A stretch of 248,000 bases of DNA from Octopus vulgaris. Lineage: Eukaryota. The notes below the pieces were generated by a model. That model saw nothing but the letters and a program-made list of their open reading frames with translations. It made no database searches and had not been told where the DNA came from. The position numbers and the translations under genes were made by a program. Shown here piece after piece: positions 1 to 15,655 of this stretch. The stretch spans positions 39,948,001 through 40,196,000 of the forward strand of contig OX597834.1 in NCBI GenBank assembly GCA_951406725.2. The letters are read 5' to 3'. Each line of letters begins with the position of its first letter. Position 1 is the stretch's first letter.

Positions 1-735
1 TGTCATAATGACATCATATTTCTATTATTTCTACACATCATATCACTGCATTGTCGACACACAATAACTTCATGACAACCCACAAATAATATTTCTGCAA
101 AGTTTACAAATCAAATTTCTGACATATCCACTCAACATAGCTCTAAAGTAAGTAGACATTACTTAGTGACACCATCCACATGAAACAGCAACAGTCAAGT
201 TTGTGTTAACATATTTAAGGCAGGGAGCCAAAGAAAATTACAGCGCTAACGAGAAATAATGTGGTAAAGAGGAAAACTATATTAATCACTAATGAATATT
301 ATTTTTATTAAAGTAATTTATAAATAAGTTATTTTACTAAATTCTTTGTTATATTTAAAATTAATTAAAAGAAACACAGAGCATCTCAACAGAAATATGG
401 TAATAAATGGGTTAACATAGTTCTCCAGGAGATTCAGCATGATATGGAATGTGACAAGGTTGGCCTTTTTGCCAGCTGAGTGAACTGGAACAACATGAAA
501 TAAAGTGTTTTACTCAAGGACACAACACATCGCCAGGAATTGAACTTGCAACCTTACAATCCTGAGCTGAAGACCCTAAGCCAAAATACAAGCCTTCATG
601 TAAAAGACAAGGATGAAGAATAAGTTTCATCTGTTTAAATCTGGAAGCTGAAGGTAATGGAAAGAATTGTGGTAATTCCAAAGAACGAGGATAAGTTTTA
701 GTGAGACTGGGTTTAGAATAGTGAGAGACACTTAC

Positions 736-839
736 GTTTCCCTTTCACAGACATTGGAAGCTGACCGTTTCCTGTCTAATTTGGTAACACTTTTCGTTCT
801 TTTCAGATTGGTGCGTAATCCTTTCTTTGTGAAAAAATG
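736..839 (-). CDS. raskol: Coding exon of SynGAP/DAB2IP/RASAL2-family RasGAP (raskol/gap-2 type), start of PH region: HFFTKKGLRTNLKRTKSVTKLDRKRSASNVCERE(T)
   Basis: Acceptor ttcttcttttgcag, donor AC|gtaagt; 104 nt, phase 0 to phase 2. LKRTKSVTKL-R matches the KRTKS(Q/V)(P/T)KL(D/E)R signature of this family (recalled, not searched). Gene continues left of the window. Confidence 0.9.
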
Positions 840-1628
840 CTGCAAAAGAAGAAAAAAAAAGAAAACAAATTTAAATAGAATAAAAGATAAGTAAAATATA
901 ATAATAATAATATACAAGCAAATAAACACACACACACACACACACATACATCTATACGTTTTTTTATTTTTTACTTTTGCTGGACTGCAGCCAGAGGGGG
1001 GCAATGGCCTAGTGGTTAGACTGCAACCAGAGTGGGGCAATGGCCTAGTGGTTAGCAGCAGACTCACGGTGGAGGGATCGTGGGTTCAAATCTCAGACTG
1101 GGCAATGTGTGTGTTTATGAGTGAAACAACCAAGCTCCATGCAGCTTTGGCAGAAGGTAATGGTGAACTTCTGCTGACTCTTTCGCCACTTCCTTATTTC
1201 ACTCTTTCCTCCAGCATCTTGCGGCTCACCTGCGACGGTCCAGCGTCCCGTCTAGGTGGGGAACCTATACACCAAGGAAACTGGCTCTTATGAGCCAGGC
1301 ATGGCTCAAGAAGGAACAAACAGAAAGAGGCAATGTTTTGAAGAAGTTTAGTCAAATGAACTGACCCCAGTTTTTCATATTCTTTTTTAAAGCCAAACTG
1401 TTATGATAAGGGGACATAAACACACCAACACCGGCTGTCAAGTAGTGGTGGGTGACAAACACAGACATACATACATGGCAAGCTTCATTCAGTTTACATC
1501 AACCAAATCCAGTCACAATGCTTTGGTTGGTCCAAGGCTATAGTAGAAGACACATCCCCAAGGTGCCGCGCAGTGGGGATTGAACCTGGGATCATGTGTT
1601 TAAATATCAAATGTCTTACTACACAGCA

Positions 1629-1659
<31 letters not shown>

Positions 1660-2388
1660 GGTATAAAAATAAAATCAAGTTTGTATATTGTTTAAAGGGA
1701 AAAAGGATCTTCATAATCTCAGACAAAGTCTTTTGGGAAATGGAAAATGATTTGCACCATGTCTTTTCCTAAATTTCTCTGTTTCCCAAAGAATGACATT
1801 TTCTGAATTGTCCAAACCTTACAGTGATATGATAATTCTTTTATACCAGTAACAACAATTTGTACCAAAACTGACCACCATCAGCCTACATGAATCACAC
1901 ACACACACATTTGAAAGAACAGCAAAAAACAAGATCAATGACATTTCAATATATTCATCCCTACAGCTGATTCAATAATTCTTACATCACATTTACGTAA
2001 GAATTATGTAAAAAACTATATCTTCAAGGAAATATTTTGAGATATGAGCAGAATTCAGATTTTCCCATAGCTTTTTTTTTTTCAATGACAAAAAAAAAGA
2101 TTGATGGAAAAAAAATAAATGAATAAATTAAGATTTAGAATTTAAAGTAAATATAAGAAACCAGAACTTATCTTTTCTGCCAATTATCATATTACATTTA
2201 TTGCAGAACAACAAAGTTGCCCAGCAGGCTATAAAAAGGTAGTAGTAAACACAGAGTGAGAGAGAGAGGATGTCTATCAAACAACATATATATATATGTG
2301 TGTGTATATATATAAAATACATTTTAAACTGTGGAACTTGAATTATTTCACATCTCTCAAAATTTCTAAATTCTTATGACGTAAATGA

Positions 2389-2433
<45 letters not shown>

Positions 2434-3214
2434 CTCACATATATAATACATATAACAATGCACACAATATATAACATCCACACACATACACATATAATAC
2501 TGACATATGCACACACAAATGCACATATATATAACATTCATACATATAACATTCATATACGCACACACATCTATATAAAACATTCATACATGCACACACA
2601 CACACATACAAATACACATATATAACATACACACATGTCTATAACATTCACATACACACACACGTCTATATAAAACATTCATATATGCATAACATTCACA
2701 CACGCAAGCACATACACACAAATACACATATATATAACATTCACACACATATATATATAACATACATATATGCACACCTGTCTATATAAAGCATTCATAT
2801 ATGCACACACATTCTAACATTCACACACGCAAGCACACACACACAAATACATTTTCCTGCTAAAAAAAAGCACAAATCAATCCAAAATATCTTTGTTAAA
2901 TAAGTAAGTATCAAAGAGTAAATTATGGAATCCAAAGAAATGGGTGATGAACTATGTCTGCTGTACGCAATAATTACCAATAATTATTCCAGTGTAAATA
3001 TCAGAAAAAAATGTCTAACTATTGCATGAATTTGGACGAAAGATGATGATAAATGTAATAATTGTTGATCTACATTGTGAATGAGGTTTTTTTTTTAATT
3101 TGTTGCTGATATTTAGTTGTTGTCATGTGACTGTCACCTACCCAAGTAGGTTGAATTCAAGTAAGTATTCACACACTTCAACAAGCATACACGATAATAA
3201 TAATAATAATAATG

Positions 3215-3260
<46 letters not shown>

Positions 3261-3262
3261 TG

Positions 3263-3374
<112 letters not shown>

Positions 3375-3376
3375 TG

Positions 3377-3440
<64 letters not shown>

Positions 3441-3490
3441 TAATAATAATAATAATAATAATAATGAGGTTTTTTTTTTTAATTTGTTGC

Positions 3491-3523
<33 letters not shown>

Positions 3524-3566
3524 TAATAATAATGATATGGTTAATTAATAATAATAATAATAATAC

Positions 3567-3660
<94 letters not shown>

Positions 3661-4917
3661 TAATAATAATAATAATAATAATAATGATAATAATATAAAT
3701 GATGATAATAATAATTTAACTGATTGGAAGTGTTATCATGTACATTGTTTTGTCTTGGTACAAAAGATAGGCTACAGCAAATATTCTACTCAATGCCACA
3801 GATTTGCTTGTCAGTTGTTTGACCTTAGCCAGTTGAGCATGTCCCTTAGTGGCTGACGATATGTGCATCTTTGATCATGCACCTATATATTAATGATGTA
3901 CATGACAGGTATACATAATACTGAAATACACATAAAGTAAACACAGGTAACAGGTCATTTCACAGATGCTAAACTATAAATTTCACAAGATACAACCTTG
4001 AAGCTGACACCAGTGTCTCACTATTGGCTAAAAATACAGTTTCTTTCTATTTTTGAAATTCTGTAACTTTTTATTCTAATTTTTTTCTCCACAAGATCGT
4101 GGATTCACAGCAATAAGAGTGGAAAACTACATCAATATAACCAATTTTCAGATTTTTTACTTTAAAAAAAATGCAGATTCTGTGAATCAACTTCACTAGA
4201 TCCGTGAAAAAATTTCTAGCTTTAAGGATTTCGTGAAAGGCTTGGCTGGAGGTCAAACCTTCTGAGTTCTTTTACAGGACTTAGAAAAACTGAAGGATCA
4301 CTACAATAAGTCTGGGAATCTGAGAAGGGAATATGTTGACTAAATTCATAATTAACTGATATTCCAGGAACTCTTGCAGCATCCCTTTGTATTTTGTTTT
4401 ACCAGGAAACAAATTATCTTTTTTCTATAAGAAATCAAATTTAATTACACGTAAACACCAGAGGATAGATGAGGTAAAAACCACGTGATTTTATTTATAT
4501 TTTATTCATTTTCTTTAATGGTTTTTTTTTTTTGGATAGTATTTAGAACATTCTAGAGGGAAGCTTAACTAAAGAATATTACATTTTTTATTGTTTTTGA
4601 AGCTAACTTGCTCAGCTATCCTTTCCTCTCCATTCGTTTTGGCATTCATTTGTATTCAATAATGAACACCAATAAATTATATACCAGTTTTGGTATTGGA
4701 AGCACATCACTGTAAAGGCAATCCACATAAAAATCACCTACCTGCCTTCCTACCTTTCTATTAGACTATCTATCTAGCTAACAGTCCATTGATCCAGTGA
4801 ACAATTTATCTATCAGTCTCTCTACCTATCTAGCAGTCACTCTACCTAGTTTTCTGTCTATCTACCTATCTATCAAGCAATCTGTCAGTCTATCAATTTA
4901 TCTACCTATCAAATAAT

Positions 4918-4973
<56 letters not shown>

Positions 4974-5032
4974 ATCTTTCACTATCTATTTATCAGTCTA
5001 ACTTTCTATCTCTCAGTCTATTAGTCTCTTTC

Positions 5033-5067
<35 letters not shown>

Positions 5068-5160
5068 GTCTGTCTATTTGCCTGTACTTCTATCAACCTT
5101 TCTATATACCAATATATCTATCTTCCTATATATGAATGTAATCCATCTATCTATCTATCC

Positions 5161-5215
<55 letters not shown>

Positions 5216-5292
5216 CATCTGTCTATCCATCTATCTATCCCTCTAGCTATCTATCAGTCTACCCAGCTATCCATCAAGCTATCAATTACTCC

Positions 5293-5353
<61 letters not shown>

Positions 5354-7374
5354 CCTATCTATCTCTCTATCTATTTGCCTGTACTTCTATCAATCTTTCT
5401 ATCTACCAATATATCTATCTTCCTATATATGAATGTAATCCATCTGTCTATCTATCTATCTATATATCTATCTATCTATCTATCTATCCATCTATCTATC
5501 CATCTATCTATCTATCAGTCTACCCATCTATCAATCAAGCTATCAATTACTCCATCTATCCATCCATCCATCTATCTATCCTCTTATCTTTCATATCTCT
5601 ACACACATAATACACTTTAAAATAATCTCTAACACACACCACATACAACAGATCAGATCAAACTATAATTATACAAAAGAGAAAAAAAAGTCAAATTAGA
5701 TAAATGATTGAAAATAAGAAAATAACATAAAAAAAACAAAAACCAGAACAACAAAAAATAAACTCACAAAATAAATCACATGAATATTTTAGTAATGACT
5801 CTTTAGAATTGGTGATTCCAATCCTTGGGTTTATTGCTGTGAATTTCCAATTAAAACTGCCTAAGATCTATAAAGTTGGTCATTAACTATTTTAACCCCT
5901 TGGCCGTCACATTATTCTCTCAAAAGTAATGCTTGTTTTTCTCTCTCTTTTCTCTTTTAGTTGTTTCAGTCATTTGACTGCGGCCATGCTGGAGCACCGC
6001 CTTTAGTCGAGCACATCGACCCCCAGGACTTATTCTTTGTAAGCCTAGTACTTATTTCTATCAGTCTCTTTTTGCCGAACTGCTAAGTTACGGGGACGTA
6101 AACACACCGGCATCGGTTGTCAAGCGATGATGGAGGGAGCGGGGAAGGAGAACACAGACACACAAATACATACACACACATACACGTATATATACATATA
6201 TACGACGGGCTTCTTTCAGTTTCCGTCTACTAAATCCACTCACAAGGTTTTGGTCGGTCCGAGGCTATAGTAGAAGACACTTGCCCAAGGTGCTATGCAG
6301 TGGGACTGAACCCGGAACCATGTGGTTCGTAAGCAAGCTACTTACCACACAGCCACTCCTATGCACATTGTTTTGAATTAATCTTGCATTTATCTTGCAG
6401 CTTTGAGAATTTTATGAGGTAGCTGTTAATTTTTAGAATGACATTGTAGGGTTGGTGTGAGAAGCCAGATCTGAACATGCATAAGAACAAATACAGGCAG
6501 AATATTTTGGCCAGACATGACCGGTTTAATTAACCCTTTAAAAGATTACTCTGTCAAATCGTAACGCTTATTAATTCACTTAGTTTTGAATTAATCATGC
6601 ATTAGGCATAGGAGTGGCTGTGTGGTAAGTAGCTTGCTTACCAACCACATGGTTCCGGGTTCAGAAGAAAATGGAAGGAATCCAGAAGTAGTATTCATTA
6701 GCTGTTAGACATTATAATATTTCTATTCATTTATTTTAAACAGTTCAGATAATATACAAATACACGTGTAAAGTATTAGTAATTTCTAGAATAGAGAAAA
6801 GAGAAAGATAAGCAAGAAGATATATACATACATAGGTATGTTGAATGAAACACCCATGTTTCCAGAGGTGATTTATTCAAACCCCCAAAGAATCCTTCTA
6901 AACACATGGCTATGATGTTCCCCCACTACTTCTGCTCGTGATCAGAGATGCACATATCGTCAGCCACCAAGGGACATGCTCAACTGGTTAAGGTCAAACA
7001 ACTGACAAACAAATCTGTGATATTGAGCAGAATATTTGCTGCAGCCCATCTTTTATACCAAGACTAAACAATGTACATAACACTTCCAATCAGTTCAGAT
7101 CAGAAGCCACGAGAGCCACTGCCTGGGACTGCATCAGGGCATTATTATCATTACTATTATTATTATTATAATTAATATTATTGTTGTTATTATTATTATT
7201 ATTATCATCATTATTTTATTTCTATTCTATTTTGGTAAGCAATATATTTGGGAAATATATATATATTTTAACAATATATGAAATTTAAAAATAGAAACAA
7301 TACAAAATAGAAGAATCCGTATACATATATTTATACATACACACATATACGTGTATGTGTGTATATATATATAT

Positions 7375-7413
<39 letters not shown>

Positions 7414-7815
7414 CACACACGCACAAATCTATATATGCACAAACACACACTCAGAGTAGATTTATTCGATATTCAATGAATTTTATTTCATTTCATGATA
7501 TGGTGATGAAATGAGTTATTAAATCACAAAGAGACGAGGGGAAAAAAAATCAATGAAAAACAAAAGTTAAACGTGAGGGGGGAAAAAAAAAACCATTTAA
7601 TTTTTCTTTTTTTGTATATTTATTTTAATTTCTTTTTCTTTTTTTTTTTCAATATAGTCGAAGATGGAAGCAAAAGGTGGGATTCTGAAATGATCCGTTG
7701 CTATGGATATTATGTATTGATGGCTAATCATAAGACACGTAAGACATTGCAATTCATTTGATCTGTTATGCCATGTGGAAAATTTAAAGATTACATGATT
7801 GGTAGAACAATGGAG

Positions 7816-7850
<35 letters not shown>

Positions 7851-7930
7851 GGTGGTGGTGGTGGTGGTGGTGGTGGTGGTGGTAGAAGTTAGTAGTAGTA
7901 GTGGTGGTGGTGGTGGTGGTGGTGGTGGTG

Positions 7931-7977
<47 letters not shown>

Positions 7978-8216
7978 GGTGGTGGTGGTAGTAGTAGTAG
8001 TAGTAGTGGTGGTGGTGGTGGTGGTGGTGGTGGTGGTGGTAGTAGTAGTGAGAACAATAATGATGATGATGATGATGATGATGCGAAAAAAATGTTGGCG
8101 GTGGGGGTATAGAACATTTGAAACAAACTTTTAGATTTAATATTTTTGATTCCTTATATTATGTTCTAGAATCAAAGAGAGATGATAATCAATAATCTAT
8201 GTGTACACACACACAC

Positions 8217-8254
<38 letters not shown>

Positions 8255-8392
8255 GTGTGTGTGTGTGTGTATATAAATGTATACACACACATACATATAT
8301 GCATATGTGTGTCTATATATACACACATATATACATACATGTGTATGTGTGTATATATAATACACATATGTGTGTGTGTATGTGTGTGAGTG

Positions 8393-8426
<34 letters not shown>

Positions 8427-8505
8427 TACACTGTGTGTATGTCTGTATGTGAATGTGTATGTATATATATATATATATATACACACACATGTATACATAT
8501 ATGCC

Positions 8506-8554
<49 letters not shown>

Positions 8555-8586
8555 CCTCTTAGGGCATGGTCAGGGTGTCGCCAAGT

Positions 8587-8645
<59 letters not shown>

Positions 8646-10244
8646 CTAAGTACTTTGGTTTCAAACAAAAATTTTGTGTCCTTCAGTTTTAATGAAATAA
8701 CATTTTAGCTTAGAACTCTTTCATAAAATACACACACACACACATACACATATATATATTTATATATATAAATGTATATATAAATGTGTGTGTGTGTGTG
8801 TGCATGTACATTTATATATATATTTTTCGGATTGGCTTTGTATCAACCAGAAGATCTTTACTCTATTCGGTACCGGAAAATCAAAGACATTTACTGTTTT
8901 GTGTCGACAACAAACTACTGAGCGTGCAAAACACTAAGATATTCTTGATGTTGGTTGCACGCAAAAACATCACCACCATCACCATCATGTTTTTTTTTAT
9001 CACCATTTTTCTATGCCTGCTTGGGATCGTTCCTACAGTGTCTTGTCACCTTGTTATCAGTTCTCTATCATCTGGCCCACACAGCAACAGAAAAAAGAAA
9101 GAAGGACAAAAAAAAAAACCCGACCATTATTTTTCTTGTTATTAGACCTATTCTGTTGTTTTGGTATGGTTCACATGACCATCACCAACCACTCCATGGA
9201 TTGGCTTGTTATTTTATTGATGAACAAACCACACTGCTTGTATGACAGTGATACTCATTTACAACTATCATATGATGTCAAGACAAGGAGGTAGCAACAC
9301 AGACATGCATATATATATATGTAGTTGTAGTTGAACCAGAGATTTAAAAGAAGACACTTGCCCAAGGTCCCATGCGGTGAGACTGAACACAGAGTCAGGT
9401 GACTGGAAGGCAAACTTCTTACCACACACCCACCCTGCACCTATCTGATATACATATGTGTGTGTGTGTGTATGTACCTACACTGCAGCAAGGTACCTGT
9501 TTCTGTTTTTCTTTTATACTCTAACTGTTCTACACCTGGCACAAAACCACCTCCCTAAATACTGCATCCACACTCTGTCAAGGGGTCCTGTCTTGCAAGT
9601 TACTCAGCGACCTCACTGGTGCTGGTGCCACAAAAGAAAAAAAAAACAAACATTAGAAACCTTACCAAAGCAAATGTTAGAGACCAGCATAGCCCTCTGG
9701 TTAATCAGATCCTGTTAAACCGTCCAACCCATGACAGCATGGAATACAGACATCAAATGACGATGATGAAGAAGATGAAGATGATGACTGCTATTAAATC
9801 ACTTTATTCTTGTAATTTTAGCTTTTCACTCGAACGTGACATCCTGCTTAGAATAATGATACAAAACTAAAGTAGCTATCGTTTAATCTCCCCAAATCAG
9901 TTGTGACTAAGCAGAAATATGATCAAAGACATTCAAGTCTTGCCCATCCTGTATTTTATTCAGACATAGTGTAGCTAAGAGTACATTAGTCAATGTATTC
10001 CCCACCACCTCTTTATTACAATGGTGGAATTTTGATTTTTGGTTACTATTTCTAGCAACTCAGGCAACAGGAGGTGTCTTAAATAGTTCGTAGTAGTAGT
10101 AGTAGTTGTTTAGTCCCAGATCTGCTGTGATCCAGCTGACCTATGAGCAAAGACCTTCCAGCAATGACTAACCCGTTTTATTTGAAGACATAGTCTATTT
10201 AGAATTATGTTGGGCAGGCTCACAAAATCAAGGGGAAAAAAGCC

Positions 10245-10400
10245 AACATTGCACCCATGACTCTCAGAAACACTTTTCCATGCTCGCAATTGCTGAAGCA
10301 TGGAATAAACTATCCACATCAGTTCTTAGCTGTTGGGACCCTACATCCTTCAGAACTTCCATGCTCCCCCAAAAAACAGCATGCCTGACACCCACACCTT
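10245..10400 (+). mobile_element. Decayed 3' end of the same CR1 family
   Basis: Encodes IAEAWNKLSTSVLSCWDPTSFRTSML, versus VAEAWNKLPASVVDCHDTASFKALML in the 125-128 kb copy. Confidence 0.7.
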
Positions 10401-10829
10401 TTTTTTATAGCCACTCATTCCCTGCTCCCTTCCTGTGCATTATTCTATATGCTGTTCATGCACTTTTAGCTACTTTATCCGATGGGTTGTGGTGCACCTG
10501 AACACTGTATACAATAAGTTTGTTATTGTTTTATTACATCCGCCTTAGCGGAGGTGAAGGTATTGTTTTCAGTCATGTTTGTTTGTCCATGGACAAGATA
10601 TCTCAAGAACCGTGGGATGGATTCAGTTGAACCTTTCAAGGATGTTTGGTCACATGACTGGCACAAACTCATTAGATTTTGGAATTAATTTGGTACCAGA
10701 CAAGGATATTTACTCTTCCTGTTTTTTTCACTAAATTTTTGAGAGCGGTCGGATTCATTTTTAGTATCCTCATTATATGTTTTGCCTGTTTCAAGTGTGA
10801 TGTTCAGTAAATGGGTGTATCCATGTAAA

Positions 10830-11520
10830 ATGACAGATTTACTCCACCATCAGTCAAGTTTTGTGAAGATCCTCAAGAGATTGGAGAAGTAATCCACCAT
10901 CAAAGAAGCTTTATAAAGATCTATATGAGATAAAAGACTTATACTCCACAGTTAAATTTTGCAAAGATCCATGTAAGATCGGAGAAGTGTACTCCACCGT
11001 CAAATGGATTTTGTAAAGGTCCATAGGAGATAAGAGAAATGTATTTCACCATCAAACGGATTTTGTAAAGGTCCATGTAAGATAGGAGAAGTGTACTCCA
11101 CCGTCAAATGGATTTTGTAAAGGTCCATAGGAGATAAGAGAAATGTACTCTACCATCAAATAGATTTTGTAAAGGTCCATGGGAGATAGGAAAAATGTAC
11201 TCCCCCGTCAAATGGATTTTGTAAAGGTCCATGTGAGATAGGAGGAATGTACTCTACCGTCAAATGGATTTTGTAAAGGTCCATAGGAGATAAGAGAAAT
11301 GTACTCTACCGTCAAATGGATTTTGTAAAGGTCCATAGGAGATAGGAAAAATGTACTCCCCCGTCAAATGGATTTTGTAAAGGTCCATTTGAGATAGGAG
11401 GAATGTACTCCACCGTCAAAGGATTTTGAAATGGTCCATAGGAGATAGAAATGTACTCTTCTGTCAAATGGATTTTGTAAAGGCCCACGTGAGACAGAGG
11501 AGATGTACTCTACTGTCAGA
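10830..11520. repeat. 52-bp minisatellite, about 13 copies
   Basis: tgtactccaccgtcaaatggattttgtaaaggtccataggagataagagaaa; period 52 (11006 to 11058). Confidence 0.85.
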
Positions 11521-12598
11521 CAAATCTGGTAATAGTTCAACAGCTGGGCTTGTAGTATTTACTTGTTCCAAACAGGAAATCCATCTTTTGGTGATCGACT
11601 TTAGTGCCCTATTAACTCATACCATCAGCCATCACCAAGCTCCTTCTTCCCCTACACCCACACCACCACCACCATTCCTGCAATGCTCTGTCCTGTCTGT
11701 CACATGACTGACACACTTTCATTGTCTTTCAATTTCAGGAAATGGACATATGGTAACACTGGAAAAACAAAAAAAAATAACACAGGACGTGCTTACATTT
11801 TCTTCCCCCACCCCACCCCACCACCACTTTATTCTTTTTTTTCTTCTTTCTTTTCGAAATTGGTGAACTTCAAAACTAACAACATCGAGATAATAACAGA
11901 AGACCTCGAAATTATTGAAGGACAAAAAAAAAAATAATAAATAAAATTGTAAACAACATATAAGCGCAGACATGGCTGTGTGGCCAGAAGCTTGCTTCCC
12001 TACCTCACAGTTCCGGGTTCAGTCCCACTGCGTGACACCTTGGGCAAGTGTCTTCTACTATAGCCTCAGGCCAACCAAAGCCTTGTCAGTGGATTTGGTA
12101 GATGGAAACTGAAAGAAGCCTGTCGCATATATGTGTGTGTGTGTGTATATGTATTTGTCCCTCAACATTGCTTGACAACCAATGTTGCTGTGTTTACATC
12201 CCCCCATAACTTAGCAGTTCAGCAAAAGAGACCGATAGCATAAGTAATAGGCTGAGTGCTCCACAGACATGCACACAGTTGAGGTAGTTCTCAGGGAGGT
12301 TCAGCATGACACAGAATGTAACAAGGCTGGTGCCCTTTGAATTAAAGGTGCAACTCCTTTCTTTGCCAGCTGAATGAACTGAAGCAACATAAAATAAAGT
12401 GTCTTACTCAAGGACACAATATGCTGTCAGGAATCGAACTCACAATTTTACAATCATGAGCTAAATACCCTAACGTCTAAGCCAGGCACCTTTACTCCTA
12501 GTCCATAACTTTTGAGCAAAAATACAACTAGTCTCGCCGAGAAATCCTCCTCTCGAAATTTGAAATCTACCCTAAACAGTGGCCAATTTCAGGCATTA

Positions 12599-12819
12599 TT
12601 AACCCTTTCGTTACCGTATTTATTTTGAGATGTTCTGTGTTTCTTTCAATTAATTTTAAATATGACAAAGAATTTAGTAAAATAACTTTAAGCTAGTGTT
12701 GGGAGCATAAATTGTGACTTAGGTTTGGTGAAAGATTTTAATTCAGAACTTTTGGAAACAAGACATTTCTACTACAGAATGAGAGGCAGTTTCAGGTGGA
12801 TTGGTACCAAAAGGGTTAA
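12599..12819. mobile_element. piggyBac-type MITE (related copies at about 17158, 17415, 201370, 222770; a second TTAA family at about 5890-6540, 101540-102200, 143150-143705)
   Basis: TTAA-ccctttcgttacc ... ggtaccaaaaggg-TTAA. Confidence 0.7.
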
Positions 12820-14107
12820 ATGACTTAGAAACTTTGCCTCACCACTCTTGAAGATGGAGCAAAATGCCAGGAAGCTTTGAATCAATAATGGAGGAAGTTA
12901 TTTTGAAGAATTCAACAAGGATTAACTTGCATAGAAACGCAGTAAGTTTGTTTTGGTTTTAAAATTTTGCTTCTTCATTAACAGACCTTGTGTGTGGGTG
13001 TGTGTGTGTGTGTGTGTGCGTGTGTGTGTGTGTGTGGCGGCATGTGTGTGTGTGTCTGTATACTGTCTGTATACTGCTACACACAACTGCACATATCTAT
13101 ACATGCACAGGTGTGTATGTGTATATACAACCACACACACACCAGTGCACATTTAGATATGTATATGCATGTATGAGTATGCTTATGTATGAGTGTGCGT
13201 GTACACATACCTACACACCCATACATATGTAAACATTTACATATATGTATGTATACATTTATACATATATATATACATACGCACACACATACATATATGT
13301 ATAAATATATATATATATACACACATACACATTTATATATACATATAGATTTATATAATATATATTTATATATATATGTATATATATACATATATATATA
13401 TTATATACACACACACACACACTCATATATTCATATATATACATTTTTTTCTATACATATACACACATTGATATATACATACATACACACATATATACAC
13501 ACACATATACATAACAGTAAAGAGAATAAGTAAGAGAGATAGAAGCCAGGAAAATACAAGAAAATGAGATAAAATATAACATTGAAATAAGGGAGGTGGG
13601 GGAGTTGTGCGTTACATAATTTAGTTGCTTCGTTAAGAATTTGTAATTAGAATGAATTATAGTAGGAAATATTAGAAGAATGGATGCATAACGAGCACTA
13701 CAGTAAAATGAAGAATATACACTGAGGTTGAGATGACCTGAATATAACATTCTATAGATATATATTCTAGATATTATTATTATTATTATTATTATTTATG
13801 GGTTTTTCTTCTTCTTTCAAATTTGCTTCCATTTCTCGCCGAGTGTCTTCCCGACTCCTAGGGCAAAGGAACTCATTGTATACATTGGTAGGCCATTAAA
13901 CTAAACTCACTAGTTCGTTCATTTAAAAAATTTTTTTTATAGAAATAAAGTTAAATTAAAATACATGGGTAGTAATTGTTCTCACATCGACAATGCTCTT
14001 CTCAATACGTGTGATGTACCAGTTAAGACAATCTTTTGCACATCTTGCAGGGATGGTAAGCCAGGGATCATTCTCATATAATTTTCGGTTCCCTTCTTGA
14101 TCATTCC

Positions 14108-14146
<39 letters not shown>

Positions 14147-15523
14147 GGGGGTGAGCTGGCAGAACCGTTAGCATGCCGGACAAAATGCTTAGTGGCATTT
14201 CGTTTGTCCTTAGGTTCTGAGTTCAAATTGCGCTGAGATTGGCTTTCCCTTTTATCGTTTCGGAGTCAATGAAATAAGTACCAGTGAGACACTGGGGTTG
14301 ATGTAATCGACTAGTTCCCTCCCCCCATTTCAGGCCTTGCACCTTCAGTAAAAAGGATTATTGTTATTGTAGTATAAGGCGGCAAGCTGGCAGAATCTTT
14401 AGCACGCCTGGTGAAATGCTTGGCAGTATTTCGTCTGCTGCTATGTTCTGAGTTCAAATTCCGCCGAGATCAACTTTGCCTTTCATACTTTCAGGGTCGA
14501 TTAAATAAGTACCAGTTATGCACTGGGGTTGATATAATCGACTTAATCCCTTTGTCTGTCCTTGTTTGTCCTCTCTGTGTTTAGCCCCTTGTGGGCAATA
14601 AAGAAATAATTACTGTTGTTGTAAAGGTGGCAACCTGGCAAAATCGTTAGTGCATGGTACAAAATGCTTAGCGGTATTTCACTGGTCACTACATTCTGAG
14701 TTCATATTCCACCAAAGTCTGTTTATCCTTGGTGGGGAAGGGGTCAATAAAATAAGTACCAGTTGAACTCTGGGTCAATGTAACTGACTCATCCCCTCAC
14801 CAAAGATTGTGACAAAATTTGAAACATCATCATCATCGTTTAACGTCCGTTTTCCGCACTAGCACGGGTTGGACGGTTCGACCGGGGTCTGGGAAGCCAG
14901 GAGGCTGCACCAGGCTCCAGTCTGATCTAGCAGTGTTTCTACAGCTGGATGCCCTTCCTAATGCCAACCACTCTGCGAGTGTAGTGGGTGCTTTTTGCGT
15001 GCCACCAGCACAGGTGCCAGGGGAGTCTGGCAGCGGCCATGATCGGTTGGTGCTTTTAACGTGCCACCAGCACGGAAGCCAGTCAAGGCGGCGCTAGCAT
15101 CATTATTATTATTATTGGTCAGCCCGAGGCTATAGCAGAAGACACTTGCCTGAAGTGTCATGCAATGGGACTGAACCCGGAACCATGCAGTTGGGAAGCA
15201 AGCTTCTTACCACACAGCCACACATACGCTAGACAAGAAGTTTGTTGTTGATACAATGATTAAACCGAGGGACTCCAGAGAAATTCCCCAGTGATTCATT
15301 GAGTCTGACTGCATTTTAAAGACATTAGAGAGTTCAGTAAGGGAGATGATCAAGGGAGCTTTATCGATCAGGCTTACTGACTAACAACACACAAGTTCTC
15401 TCAATTGGCTCCGACCTCTTTTGCTTTCCGGCAGAGAAAGGAAAAGCATCAAAAGATTATTGATCTCCATCACTGATAATATTAATGGTGTTAGTGATGT
15501 TGATTCATTCATGACTTCCTGCC

Positions 15524-15554
<31 letters not shown>

Positions 15555-15599
15555 CTTTTTCTTTTGATTTTTTTGTTGTTTCGTACTGTTAACAATTAC

Positions 15600-15655
<56 letters not shown>

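Noticed and set aside
10830-11520. CRISPR-like appearance of this and other minisatellites (78110, 93305, 227830)
   Set aside because: Units are contiguous with no unique spacers, there are no cas genes, and the context is eukaryotic.
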